In this document: positions 12,651 to 26,506 of the stretch, one piece after another | How positions within the stretch are numbered: the stretch's first letter is position 1 | Layout of the letters: each line of letters starts with the position of its first letter | Assembly (NCBI GenBank): GCA_951406725.2 | Contig: OX597817.1 | Span: forward strand, 105,400,001-105,464,000 | Source: Octopus vulgaris | Taxonomy: Eukaryota | Length of the DNA: 64,000 nt | Direction of reading: 5' to 3' | Position numbers and translations under genes: made by a program | The notes under the pieces: generated by a model | Database searches by the model: none | What the model was told of the DNA's origin: nothing | Seen by the model: the letters and a program-made list of their open reading frames with translations, nothing else

Positions 12651-15600
12651 GCACACCATTTATTCCCCGTTTATCAATGTTGATGAGGGATCGGAGAGGT
12701 TTTAGCAGTTGCAACCTTCCCATGGTATCCAGTTTAATGGAGCTCAGGACGAATGGATTTGGAGGACAGAATGTTGGTAATATGGTAGTTTACCTCTGCT
12801 GTCTCTTTTGCTGCTGTAGCCTGATGGCTTTTAAACTCAATATGTTTCACTACCCTGCAGTCCTCTATGATCTTTGCCTTCCGTCAAGTATTATGCTTAC
12901 CTGAGCTAGTTTGGTGTGTGTGTGTGTGTAGTATATTTACATATACAAACGTTTATCTATCTGCCTGCCTTCTCTGCCCATATGTCGCTTACGTTGTGTC
13001 ACTTTTCGTCCTGTAATTTGACGATTCGATTAATAGTAATCAATAAAATAAGTGGCAGGTTGAACCTAGTGCTCGTATCGTTATTATCGACTAAGCTCTT
13101 GGCGGTGCCTCACCATCGCTGCCGTCCAGTGGCTGATGCTTGATAAGTTGTAAAACTGCATAAACATATACATATATAGCAACAACAAAAAATGTTTAGA
13201 TATATATAGTGAGTTATATATCATTACGCACACACACACATACACACACACATACACACACAAACACACGTATGAAATGCTGTTTTATATATTCACACGA
13301 AATAAACAATGTCTCTACAAACTGACTCAATCAACAGAGGTAAGAAAAGCGCGCGCGCACACATACACACATACGCATACATATTTATATACACACATAC
13401 GCACCGCCCTACACACACACTTCTCGTTCTATAAAATCAACATAAGCATATATTTCATCTGCTACAATTTTCACTATAATTTTTGTATTGTGGAACTGAA
13501 CTCAAAGCGTGCGTGTTTTACTATCGTTAAATGTAATTTATACATTGGACTTGAACAGCAACGGAAATTATACCTGTCTTACATCAAAGAAGTACCCGTT
13601 TATTGAAATTATACGCTGAATTCTATGCGTAAAATTAGCATGTTTATAATGAATTGGAAATCATTTACTTTTTATAATTAATAATTAACATTTGTAGTTT
13701 TAGTTTGGGTACATACCGCCTACCTTGTCTACCCAGACGATATATTCTTCCTCTATCCATCCATCTATCCTTCCCTCTCTCCATTCCTCCCACCATCCGC
13801 CCTCCCATCCTTCCTCTCTCTCCTCATCCTTTATCCATCCATTCATACATGCATACATGCATACATGCATACATACATACATACATACATACATACATAC
13901 ATACATACATACATACATACATACATACACGAAACTCATATGCAGCATTCTTGTTTCGCATAGCGTTGATTAAATATATATTTATTTATCAATTTCTCAA
14001 TTATATATATCAATTTCTGTACATATTGTAAATTCCAACGTATCTTTGGAAATTTATTATCTGCATAAATCAATAAGGGGTTTAATAGTCATATGAAATA
14101 TATGATCACTAAACGACTGCCGAAGGATGCAATATATGATCCTATATGCTCCTGTCTGGCCTCATATCGAGATTATTTTCTCTATTAATTAAGAAATGAA
14201 AACACAATGACGTGGCTAAAAGTTTATATAGCAATGATTCCAAGCGTTAGCAATTCAATGAGATTTTCAGGTTAAGCATTGATTTATAGAAAAATGAAAT
14301 GGAAATTAGCGCACATATAATATTTATTAAATGTAGAGCAACAAAAAGGCTTGAATCCTTTCACTTCTGCACAACATATTAATCATTATTTATTTGGTAG
14401 CATGCAATACATAAGTGTATATAGCATTTGTGTTATTAAGAATTTTCGAGACGCGATGATCAGAGGAACGAAGCGTAGGAGAGTAGAAAATGTCTACGCC
14501 ATTATACAGTACAGGAATCGACTTTGGTTCCGTGAAAAGGTGTCAATATGGTCAGAGGTAAGTCTCCTAAAATCATATCCAACCATTCTAGATACTCAAG
14601 AGAAGAAAAAAAAAGAAAAAGAAAAGAAAAGAAGACGGAATAATCAAATTTTGTTCAACCTGAGCCTAATCAACAACAGATCTAATTTGGCTAATATTTC
14701 TAACAACGAATTTGCTGCATATGATAAAATACCGGCGGCATTAATTCTTGAGTTCCTATACCGCCAAGACTAACTTTGCTTTTCGACATTTCGAGGTTGA
14801 TAAAATAAAGTACCTGGCCGGGGCGATAGATTGGCAGTATTTGATTCGGTTCATTGCGTTCTGAGTTCTTTATAAATTTAATCCGGCATCCAGTTTAATC
14901 CCGCCAGCTAATCCTTAGGTACTGTAAATGAGCTTGCACTTTAGCAAACATTCATATCAAGCCTCTAGTTCGAGGATAATTCCCTTTCTTCCTCTTCGAG
15001 GCCAAATACAAAAGAAAAGGGGAAAAAAATCAATCATAGGCACTGCTTTTTCTGGTTTAAAAATCAAAATAAAATTAAAACATAGTCAGGTGAGATTTCG
15101 CTGATAGTCTTAGCAGGTTCAGCAACTAAGTTCACCATGTGTGGCGGTAACCTAGACACTCCTAACAAAATATTTTGAAAAATAATCACTGGCATTTATA
15201 CACCCTCATGACCTAAATATGAATTATTAAGAAAGACTATTTATAAAAAATAAAGATATGTTTTAGTGTCTTATAACCTTTTTACTTTGGAAATGAGATA
15301 TATCCATTCAAAATTTCACTAAGTTTAACTGCCGAAAGCAGTTTTATATACCAATACATCATTTGTTGAGGAATTCCAAATTTTGAAACAATTTTCTGTT
15401 GAGATATGTCGAGTTTATTGAAACAACATGACTTGCAGAAAATACCAATTCTATTTTTTGGTAGATATTTAACATCATTACTTGACTAACCAAAATTTCA
15501 TTTCGGAGTTAAAAGGATAATATTTATGTGAGTAGTGAGAGCATCGAACAATTGGGGCTTCACATTCTTGGTTTGTAGTTCGCTTCAGAGTACGGCAATT

Positions 15601-15954
15601 CTTGTTCTAAATTTCCAATCTCTTGCAGATATAGCAGACTTATGGGTAAGGTTTAGGTTAAATATAGATTTAAGGAGGGTCTCTCTGAGATTAAATACGG
15701 ATCTATGACGAGTAGCGTCTCAAAGTCAGTCCACTTTACAGTTGCTTAAGCAACTCCTATATCAAAATAGCTGTCCAACATTGCAGAGATAACGATGGGT
15801 TCGGAATTCTACTGCTTAAGCAGCAACTGGTCTTACCTATTAGTCTGGTCAAGTACTTACTAAAATTCAATGAGGTAAGCAATATTAATTTTCGTAACTG
15901 AAGGATACCAGCCAGAGTGGACTGTGTTTGAAAGTAGCCCAGAAGAAAATATTT

Positions 15955-16018
15955 CTTCTTCTTTTTCTTCTTCTTCTTCTTCTTCTTCTTCTTCTTCTTC
16001 TTCTTCTTCTTCTTCTAC

Positions 16019-16093
<75 letters not shown>

Positions 16094-16107
16094 CACTACT
16101 ACTACTA
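15955..16107. repeat. Compound (TTC)n(CTA)n microsatellite
   Basis: Direct tandem repeats; source of the poly-E/R/S/L ORFs. Confidence 0.95.
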
Positions 16108-16739
16108 CACATCATTAACTGCGAAAGATAATGCCTTTATGCTAAAGAAATACTTTCATTGTAAACCTTATACTCATGAAAAGTTAATAATAATTCAATT
16201 TGATGAAATAAAACTTCTTTCTGATGATGTCTAAAGAAACTGACCTAGCTATATGCGAGTGTTAAAAGAGCTCTATAATAAAAAGAAAAGTTAAAAGAAA
16301 GAAAATGTATTCATATTAATTTAATAAAATTATATTTCTCTTGCTAACAAAAGCAACGAACTGAGCAGACGATTCTCTCCCTTGCCAAAAAGAGAACAAT
16401 CAATCAACCGAGAGATATGTACACACACATACACGCGTGCGCGCGTACATACACACACATATACGCACCCCCCCCCACACACACACACACGTGTGTGTGT
16501 GGGTGTAAGGATGGAAGTATGGGTGGAGGGAAGGACGGACGGAAGTAAGTGTATGATACTATCTGTCGGCGCTTCTTGATTTAGGAGCAGGATTCGAACT
16601 CAAAGACAGAGACGCGGAACAACTTCCGTAAGATATCTTATACCCCAACAAGTGTAAATTCAGTTCTATATTTAAGAGATGAGGAATTATGTACATTATT
16701 TACATTTGACGGATATTTGTCCTCATCTTGTTTGTTGTT

Positions 16740-16785
16740 AACACAACGTTTCGGTTAATATACCCTCCAGCCTTCATCAGGTATC
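16740..16785 (-). ncRNA. Minimal type I hammerhead ribozyme (pLTR copy 1)
   Basis: gatac-CTGATGA-a-ggctggagggtatattaacc-GAAA-CG-TT-gtgtt. Confidence 0.75.
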
Positions 16786-16865
16786 CTGGGGAAATTTCGA
16801 ACCTGGGTTCTCATTCCTAAGTATTTTTTTCGATGTTGTTATTCTTCTTCTTATTATTATTATTC

Positions 16866-16929
16866 GGGTCACTGCCTGGAATCGAACTCGGATTCTTGGG
16901 GTTAGTAGCCCGCGCTCTTAACCATTACG
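16866..16929 (-). tRNA. tRNA-like (Ser-type, ACT loop) pseudo-tRNA / Pol III head, 5'-truncated
   Basis: CGTAATGGTTAAGAGCG-CGGG-CTACTAA-CCCC-AAGAATC-CGAGTTCGATTCCAGG: D-arm/A-box, anticodon arm and T-loop B-box. No intact acceptor stem. Confidence 0.7.
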
Positions 16930-17185
16930 TTATTTAGTTGATGTTTTTTCCAACGGTTGTAATAGATCCTCTCACTGACGAGGGCATGTCCTGCCCTTTC
17001 CGCTACTCTCCTAGCTTTATATGAATCCACTGGTGTCATTATATTCAAGCCAGGTGGTATTAGCTTTGAGTCTCTACATCTACACAGGAAAGTTAGATGG
17101 TTTGAAAGACGAGCTAGTTTTTGATGGAGTTTCTCTATATATCTCCATTGAAGTCTAATGTCGACTCCATACCGATTAGGTAATA
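16930..17185 (-). pseudogene. Penelope ORF N-terminal fragment
   Basis: RYGVDIRLQWRYIEKLHQKLARLSNHLTFLCRCRDSKLIPPGL, typical of the PLE N-terminus. Confidence 0.75.
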
Positions 17186-17273
17186 CAGTTCTATATTTAA
17201 GAGATGAGGAATTGTGTACATTATTTACATTATTTACATTTGACGGATATTTGTCCCCATCTTGCTTGTTGTT

Positions 17274-17319
17274 GACACAACGTTTCGGCTGGTATATTCT
17301 CCAGCCTTCATCAGGTGTC
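17274..17319 (-). ncRNA. Intact minimal type I hammerhead ribozyme (pLTR copy 2)
   Basis: GACAC-CTGATGA-A-GGCTGG agaatata CCAGCC-GAAA-CG-TT-GTGTC. Perfect 5-bp stem I, 6-bp stem II and palindromic AACGTT stem III (dimer type). Confidence 0.85.
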
Positions 17320-17339
17320 TTGGGGAAATTTCGAACACT

Positions 17340-18145
17340 ACAGTAAACTACCACATATGTACAGTCTTCTTAAGATTCACAAGGATGGTATTCCATTAAG
17401 ACCTATAGTGAGCTGTAGAGGTTCAGCATGTCAATCACTGAGCCACTTCCTTGTGGATATAATCAGTCCATTAGCAGGTAAGTCAACATCGTATGTGAAG
17501 AATTCCATCCACTTCACAGAATTGATCTAGGATACCCTCATTGAATCCAACCAGATGGTGAGTCTAGATGTGATAAGTCTGTTCCCCAAAGTCCCAACTG
17601 GTGAAGCACTATCGATGATTCAAGAAAAACTAGTGGCAGACACCCATCTAGAAGAACGCATTAGTATAGCAATAAGAAACTTGATGGAAATGTTGACCTT
17701 CTGTGTTGAAACTACCTACTTCAGTTTGGACACTGATATATATCGACACGAAGAGGGTTTAGCAATGGGTTCGCCATTATCACCGATAAAATCCAATATA
17801 TACATGGAATACTTTGAGAATTTGACTTTAGGATCAACACCACTAAAACCAACCCTATGTTGATGACACCTTCATACTCTAGCCCCACCAGGAAGATGTC
17901 CAAGTGCTGTTAGATCATGTGAACTCAATAAAGCCATCCATACAGTTCACAATGGAAAAAGAAAAAGACAATTAGCTAGCATTCTGGACGTATTAATAAC
18001 ACGCACCAAGTGTGTATTCATGACATCCGTCTACCGCAAGCCGACCTTCAGTGGACGATACCTCAACTTCAACTCCCACCATCCATACAGTGTAAATAGA
18101 GGGATTGCTCAGTGCCTAAAACTTCGAGCAATTAATATAAGTAGC
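17340..18145 (+). pseudogene. Penelope-type reverse transcriptase core and thumb, with stops and frameshifts
   Basis: YSLLKIHKDGIPLRPIVS, MVSLDVISLFPKVP, GLAMGSPLSP, YVDDTF, FTMEKEKDN*LAFLDV, VYRKPTFSGRYLNFNSHHP. Confidence 0.92.
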
Positions 18146-18191
18146 GAAAAAATACCTAAGGAATGAGAACCCAGGTTCGAAATTTCCCCAG

Positions 18192-18237
18192 GACACCTGA
18201 TGAAGGCTGGAGGGTATATCAACCGAAACGTTGTGTT
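18192..18237 (+). ncRNA. Minimal type I hammerhead ribozyme (pLTR copy 3)
   Basis: GACAC-CTGATGA-a-ggctggagggtatatcaacc-GAAA-CG-TT-GTGTT. Confidence 0.8.
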
Positions 18238-18357
18238 AACAACAAACAAGATGAGGATAAATTTCCGGCAAATGTGAATAATGTAAATAAGTGTAAATTC
18301 GTCGTCTCACACACACACACAAACGCACACATACACACGCGCGCACGCACACACACG

Positions 18358-18413
<56 letters not shown>

Positions 18414-18660
18414 ATAAAAGGATTCCTTGTAGGTCAGTTCTACTATATTTACTCGACATTTTAATACGATATTCAATGCAAAGTAGCTTGTGGCCTAAAT
18501 CTATATCATGAAAACAAATATGGCAACGTGCAGCCATGAAGAGTAGCGTAATCCGTTGCTTGTAGTCCAATTTAGCAACTTTGGAGCCAACCAAGACAGT
18601 ATGAATATGTTCCGACATTAAATGAGTCTAAACTTTTCTTCCTGATAATTAAAGAAAAGA

Positions 18661-18693
<33 letters not shown>

Positions 18694-21049
18694 CGTACTG
18701 TGTGTGCTGTGTGTGTGTGTGTATGTGCGTGTGTAGACTCACGTGTATCTCTCCTATTAGTAAATGAAGACATAAAAATGCCTTAAAGGAAAACTAACAT
18801 ACAATAACTGCATCAATAATTAATATAAGGATGAGCTTAGCATAAGCTTTCGTGCTACTTTAATAGATGCAATAAAAATATATGAGCCTTTTTAAAGTTA
18901 GAAACAATCCGCCTTCTAAGGGAATAATTCAATAGTGCAGTTTCTGAAAAGACCATAAAATGAGAACTGCTTAGATTTACGAAAATACCACAAGACGTTT
19001 TTGTCAGTATTGATGCACGTATTTTCTACCAACGTGAAATATTTCCTCTTTCTGTTTGTAACTGCCTGTATGTCAAGCATATTTAATTACAAGTAATATA
19101 CTAATAGCATCTAGGTTAAAATCCTTCCGTTCACTTATTTCATTTATAACTGAGTGAAATTGATAGAGACAGTAGAAGAAAAAAATAAACAAAACAAATG
19201 AAAAAAAACAATCAATATTTCTAATTATATCCACAGAAATCTATTTCGTGTTTTACTATTAAAGATCCAAATATATCCATTTGTTCAATACCAATAATCA
19301 ATAACCCTATCTCTAATTTTCTGTTTATCGCCATTTTACTTTGGGAAATGGATACATTTTTGAAGCAATATGTCTGGAGATGAGATTAATTTTAAAATGT
19401 TATTACTGAACCGTTCTGGCAGTTTGTCGTCTGTAACTACGGTTTAAAATAAGTGTTCAAACTATACGACTGTTCAATATCAAAGAAAATTATTGGTATA
19501 GTATAACATAACAAGATTGTTTCAGTTGCTGTGACATCTGTACGTATAGAAACAAACTGGTTTATTTATTTGTTCAACGTACTTGAGTCGCAGCAAAAGC
19601 ACGTTCAATCCGATCTATTTATGTACAGCGCTAAGTTCTTCCAGTTATTTCTTATATGTTTTAACATGAGCCAACGAAGACAGTCGTGTAACAAGCTAAG
19701 ATATATAGGTCAAAGAATAAACTCTAGTATTTTCTTATTATTCTTATCGATAACAGAAAAATCGGTGGGAGCCTCAATGTTGTCACTCGGCCAGCTAAAT
19801 TTAGCAGTGAAATCTTAAAACCTTACCCTTAACGTCTCGAACGACACAGTATTGTTTTAACTCGAAGTATCGTGTTACTTTCGTCGAAATAAAAGTTTTG
19901 CATCGTGTGACAGCTTAGTTTTATAATATTGATTCCTAACACAGCCGTAAGGCTTCCAATTTTAAGTAGGGAATAGTCGATTATATTGACCCCAATACTT
20001 GACTGGTGAGGGAGCAAGCAATTTGATACAGTCGTTAAAGCGTAGGATAAAAATGCCTTGCAATATTCATTCTGGCTCTTTTCGCTCTGAGTTCAAATAC
20101 TGACGAGATCAATTTTGCCTTTCATACTTGTGGAGTCGATAAATAAAGTATTGACGTTGATTCTCCTCTTCTTCTTTGTCTCTTTCTCGTTTCTTCTCGT
20201 TCTTTTTCTTTTTGAAACCTATCGGTCGTGTACAGATCTGGAAAGGAATGGACTCCATCGCGTTTAAGATGCACAAAGCACATCGTAAGTTATGACAGCA
20301 CTCCTACAACTCCATCAAGACTTACCATTACTACAATCTCATCCAAACTTGACTGGTACAGTATTTAAAATGAAATCCGGAAAAATCCGTAACTAAACAC
20401 CATAAAGTATTTTATTCATCCCACTACCGTTTCTGAACTACATTAATATTATGACCAAAATATTTCAATGGCCATTTTGCAATGTATAAGTAATCATATT
20501 TTTGTTGTATATTATTGCAGAAGTGTAGCAGAGCAATGGATTTCAGGAAAGGTTAAATATATCTCATTAAATGTTTTACAGTTACTAATTCGTTTTTCAC
20601 TATATTCATTATTTCACTATATTGAGTAACGTCTAATCGTGGTTGCTGGTATTTGTTTTTGCTCTTTCGTCTCCGATCAAACACAACTATAGTCAAAGCA
20701 TTCCCATCTTATTATGATTCTCCTTTATCCTGCTTTCATCATCTTTGATCACGTTCGTTCTGAGCTCAAATTCCGCCGAGGTCGATATTACCCTTCATCT
20801 TTTCGGGGTCGATAAAATGAGTACCAATCAAGTACTTCACCTTCCTCTCAAGAACTGTTGGCCCTGTGCCAAAATCGGAAACCATTATCTATGATCAATA
20901 TTACCCTGTAAGTTCGTATTATTTCAAATTAAGAAAGTGTTCTTTGAAGGGGTTTTGGTTACCATATCTATATGAAGCAGTTAAAATGAGCATATCTTTT
21001 GGTCGCAAGGATTTTTTCGATGTCAATAGGTATTAAAGAAATATCTGTT

Positions 21050-21218
21050 TCAAATGTTGGCACAAGGCCAACAATTTCAGGAGAGTGTAAGTTGATTTAC
21101 ACTGGCCTCCAGTACTCAAGTGGACCTCGGCGAAATTTGAACTCAGAACGTAAAGTCGGACGAAATACTGCTATGCATTTTGCCCGGCGCAGTAACGATT
21201 CTGCCAGCTCACCGCCTA
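21050..21218 (-). mobile_element. SINE family 2, internally deleted
   Basis: Reverse complement of aggcggtgagctggcagaatcg...gttcaaatt. Confidence 0.7.
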
Positions 21219-21481
21219 TGTGTTAAAGAAATAATAAAATGTATTCATTTGCTTATATCCTCTCTAAATTTAACATTTCAGCATTCCGATAGCAAATTTT
21301 ATTTTAAATAATCGCTCATTTATGGTCCTGATCTAAAATTTAGGGACTGCAGAAACTCCCATTCTACACTGAAAACTTTAGTTTGTCTCACATTTTAAGG
21401 AAAATTTTGTTTTTAATTTTGATTAATTTCAATATTTCTAATATTCAGTTTGTAAATTCTTACTTAGTTATTATCTTTTAT

Positions 21482-21660
21482 TTGTTTCAGTCATTGGACT
21501 GCGGCCATGCTGGGGCACCGCCTTAAAGGGTTTAATCAAACAAATCGATCCTAAGTCTTATTTTATCAGTTTCTTTTATCCGAACCGCTAATTTACAGGG
21601 ACGTAAGCACTGATTGTCAAGCAAAGGTGAGGGACAAATACAAACATAAAGAAACACACA
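21482..21660 (-). mobile_element. SINE family 1, 3' half
   Basis: ttgtttcagtcattggactgcggccatgctggggcaccgcc tail in reverse. Confidence 0.75.
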
Positions 21661-22425
21661 CACACATACACACATACACACATGCGCGCGCGCACACACA
21701 CACATACATACATATACACAAACACACAAATATATATACGAAAAGTGGATGACAAAAACTTTACATGAAAGACGAAAACAAAAACATACAAGCGAACGAA
21801 CACATACATTGATTATCCTACATCGGTTGGCGAAAAATATCACAATTTCGACAACATCCGACAATCTGGTGGTATCGCCAAAGGAGAGAAAAAAAAATTG
21901 GCGACAAAACCATAACAGATAAAAAAAAAACTCTACTCCGAACGGAAAAATAAAGACGTGTTGTCAGGATAACGGAAAACATTACCAACAATGCTCGAAA
22001 TGGGGAGTAGACAGACAGCCGACAGCACGTACCCTATCTCTCTCTTATATATATTCTCTTGTCAAAGAAAGTATTTCTCCAGCGTTCGCAATTTTACCCT
22101 CGTTCTGGTCTAATGACCCTCCATGTTTGTTTTCGTTCGGTTTCCTTCTTTGTCTCCACTGTCCTGATTTTGTTCCCAACTTTGATCCTCCATAAGTCCC
22201 AAATGTTATTTAGGCACATATGGGAGCAACTGTCTTCAAAGATTCATATTGTCGTTCAATGCTCGAAACGGGGAGTAGAGAGACAACCGACAACTGATGA
22301 AGGGTCGTTTTTTATGTTACTTGTCCTGTTTTTCATTTGTTTTTCTCGTTGTTAGCGTATTGAACTCATTTGCTTTCGTATTTCATGTTGTTTAGTGTTT
22401 GGTGACGTCCTATACCCATATATGC

Positions 22426-22760
<335 letters not shown>

Positions 22761-23371
22761 GGCACGTACTATTTCGCCAGCAACAAAAGGAATATATGAT
22801 GACAGTCAATCAAAACCGTCGCTATGCTGTCTCACTTCTTTCCTCTCTCTCTGTCTCCCTTATGATGTCCGATTCCACTTAAAGTTGCATATATATTGTG
22901 TTAAGATTCGTTATTAATCAATTATACTTATTGAGAATAAACAGTGAAAAGTAACCGCCACATGCAATCACCAAACATCTCCACTACTTATCACCGTCCA
23001 AGTTTGGGGTTAATAATCTTAATAGTTAGTTACAGTTTCTCATTAAAACTACATAACAGGTAGAATTGTCGGATTAAGACAAGTAGGGTGTTTTGATGGA
23101 GATTTGGCTGCTATTTCTACCAGGTTTAGCTACCATGGAGAGGTCTCCCTCATTGGCTCATACACATATATATATGCATAAAAATCGAAATAAAATACTT
23201 AAAGCAACAGTCATCAAATACAAAAGCCAAGGTCCATGCAGTGTCATGGGCCAAATAAATTTCCAACTTCTTGCCTAATGCGAGCCCAGAGCAATCTCTT
23301 ATCTCTTACACTATTTCAGTATTACGTCTTTGTTGTAATGTGAGATAATACTTACAGTTTGAAAGAAGTCT

Positions 23372-23462
<91 letters not shown>

Positions 23463-23774
23463 CTTATGCATTTCAAAACTGAGTTACCGATTTTGACGTA
23501 TGGGATATCAAAAGATTCTGTACTATTTCGGCTACAAATGAAACAATTTCCGTTCACATATTTGCATTTCAAGAATTTAACATTATAATCTTTTCTATGA
23601 ATCAACTATGGTAAATATTTTGTGATGACGTCATCTTTTCTATATGTTTGTGTACTTTAAAAGACATTAATCATCACGGCATACACTTCACTCACTCACT
23701 CTGTCTCTCTTTTTCACTCTCTTTCTCTCTCACACATACACGTGCACGCACGCGCGCGTCCATTTCATATAGAC

Positions 23775-24138
23775 GTACATGGTGTGGCTTGTTTCGCGAC
23801 CATGTAGTTTTGGATTCAGTCCCACTGCGTGACATCTTGGGAAAGTGTCTTCTACTATAGCCCCCGGGCCGACCAAAGCTTTGGAGTGGATTTGGTAGAC
23901 AGAAACTGAAAGAAGCCATTCGTATACATATCTATACTTGTGCGTCTCTCTCCTCCACCTCTTGACAACTGATGTTGATTTGTTAGCATTCCTGTAACCT
24001 AGTGGTTCGGCAAAAGATACGATTGAGTAAGTATCGGGTTTAGAAAATAAATACTGGGGTCGATTCATTCGACTAATCCCTTCAAGCCGGTACCCTAGCA
24101 TGGCTGCTGTCCAATGACGGAAACAAGTTAAAGATAAA
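23775..24138 (+). mobile_element. SINE family 1, near full length
   Basis: Head ..ttcagtcccactgcgtg..caagtgtcttctactatagc, core and tail all present. Confidence 0.85.
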
Positions 24139-25454
24139 GGTCATAATGAAAAACAAAAAATCTATATTTTAAGCTATGAAGGGAAGCGAAGAGTTATCAA
24201 CTTTTCGGTTAGTTTGCCCTTTATCAAGGTAAAGGTCGATGAGGAAAAGAAAAGAAATACAAGTTTCAGTAATTTAATTTTCAAACTAGAACAGCCTGTA
24301 GGTATTTCAAACTGTATGTTTGGAAGGTTGTATGTCTATTCTTTACAGATTCTTTTTGATATCGTTGTTGCTGCTTTTTTTTTAGCCCCAGGTCTTTTCC
24401 AATTGAGTAATCTTATAATCAGAAGCTGTAATCACACTTATCTTATTATATTTTATTACAGATTTATTTTCATTCCTTAATTTAGACAGTTGGGTATGTG
24501 ATTTGGGAAAAATGTGTTTACTATTTGTAGCAAGTCAATCGAACAAATAGAACAATCATGAGCAACGTTTTCTAGGAGCGAGCCGACGGGATATTGCTCA
24601 AATATACCAGCCTACGTCACTAAAAGAATAATTTAGCTAACACTATAAGTAGTACAGTAAAACATTACTTATCTACACTAGGCAAATCACGTTGTCGAGA
24701 GAAAGCAGGAGTGACGGGCAGAGAGAAAAGAACGGAATTATATATTCAAATTAACATAGCCGGACAAAGATTACGTTAGAAAAAATTTAGTTAAATGTTT
24801 ATGTAATCATACCATGTAGAAGTGATAGAGGTCGTCAATGCCTTCTCACATTAGAAACTCTCGCCGTCGTTTTCTTTGTTTAGATAGGTAGGTAGGTAAC
24901 ATATTACGTTTTTTCTTTCACTTCGTCAATGTTAAAAATAAATAAATAAATAAATATATACGAAACATTCTGTCGATTGTTATATTTTCTAACTTCCTTC
25001 AACGAGTCAATCATATTTGACCTATTCTAAATAAAGTGTTAAGCAGCAGCAGTAGTCTTTGTTTAGGCAGCACTGCTCGCTTTACTCGCTATTATCATCT
25101 TGGCTTTGCTTTCTTTACAACTTTCTGTCGGTAATATTTTTCTCTTTAGTGAGTCAGTTTCTAGCATGGCCTATTATGTTGAATTAAAGTAGCACTTATT
25201 TATTTTAGTCCACACTGATGAACGATAGCTTAGTCGGTTACAAGTTTCCAACCGGCCAATCATTAGTTCGATGCATTTCTTTCTAATGGGGAGTGTCTGT
25301 AACTCAATATTGAACGAATATCTTTTAAAAAAAGACAAGATTACGGCTTCGTAATGAATTCGATACATTGTATACATGTGTGTGTGTGTGTGTGTGTGTA
25401 TGCGCGTATGTATGTATGCATGTATGTATGTATGAATGTATTTTTTAAATTCTT

Positions 25455-25673
25455 TTGCTTGTTTGTCATTTGACTGCGGCCATCCTAGAGCACCGCCTTT
25501 AGTCGAAGAAATTGACCACAGGACTTATTCTTTGTATGCCTCGTACTTATTCTATCGGTTACTTTTGCCGAACCGCCTCGTTACGGGGGACGTAAGCACA
25601 CCAAAATCAGTTGTCAAACAATGGGGGAGGGGAGGAACACACAGACACAAAGACACATACACAAATATATATA

Positions 25674-25728
<55 letters not shown>

Positions 25729-25896
25729 TAGACAGATAGATATATATACGACAGGCTTCTTTCAGTTCCCACCAACCATATCCATTCACATGGCTTTAGT
25801 CGGGTCGAGGCTATAGTAGAAGACACTTGCTCAAGGTGCCATGCAGTGGGACTGAACCCGAAACCATGTGGCTGAGAAGCAAGTTTCCTACCACAC
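25455..25896 (-). mobile_element. SINE family 1, near full length with internal (TA)n
   Basis: Reverse-complement homology to 23775 and 25930. Confidence 0.85.
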
Positions 25897-25929
25897 GTAG
25901 ATTATATCTATAATATAAACTGTATATTA

Positions 25930-26265
25930 GGCATTGTTGTGCGCTAAGAAATTTACTTGCCAACTACATGGTTCCGCGTTCAATTCTACCGTAGCCTCGG
26001 GCTAACCAATGCCTTGTGAGTGGATCTGGTAGAAGATGGAAACGGAAAGAAGCCCGTCGTATGTAGGTGTAATGTGTGTGTGTTTGTCTCCTCAACATCG
26101 CTTGACAACCGATGCAGGTGTGTTTACGTCCCCGTAACTTAGCGGTTTGGCAAAAGAGACCGATAGAATAAGTACTACGCTTACAAAGAATAAGTCTTGG
26201 GGTCGATTTGCTCGACTAAAGGTGGTGCTCCAGCATGGCCGCAGTCAAATGACTGAAACAAATAA
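25930..26265 (+). mobile_element. SINE family 1, near full length
   Basis: Head, core and 'catggccgcagtcaaatgactgaaaca' tail. Confidence 0.85.
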
Positions 26266-26444
26266 AAATATATATATGTGTGTGAGGTTTTGGCTGTTTA
26301 TATGTGTATGTGTGAGTGAACTTTGTGTCGCTTAATGTTGTAGGAAGAATTTATAGTAGGAGTGACTGTCATTTGTTTAGTGTGTCCCGGTCACGTGTGC
26401 GTAAGAGAATGGTCAGTAGAAAGGTGTTGAACTGGTAGTTTGAA

Positions 26445-26506
<62 letters not shown>

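Larger units (their letters stand above)
16662..18288. mobile_element. Rearranged Penelope-like retroelement with three HHR-bearing pseudo-LTRs and a 12-bp TSD
   Basis: TSD AAGTGTAAATTC at 16650-16661 and 18289-18300. pLTR copies at 16662-16830(-), 17186-17335(-) and 18146-18288(+). ORF N-terminus on minus, RT core on plus. Confidence 0.9.

Noticed and set aside
16866-16929. Functional tRNA-Ser gene
   Set aside because: The acceptor stem 5' strand is missing, the T-stem is mismatched, and it is embedded in a retroelement.
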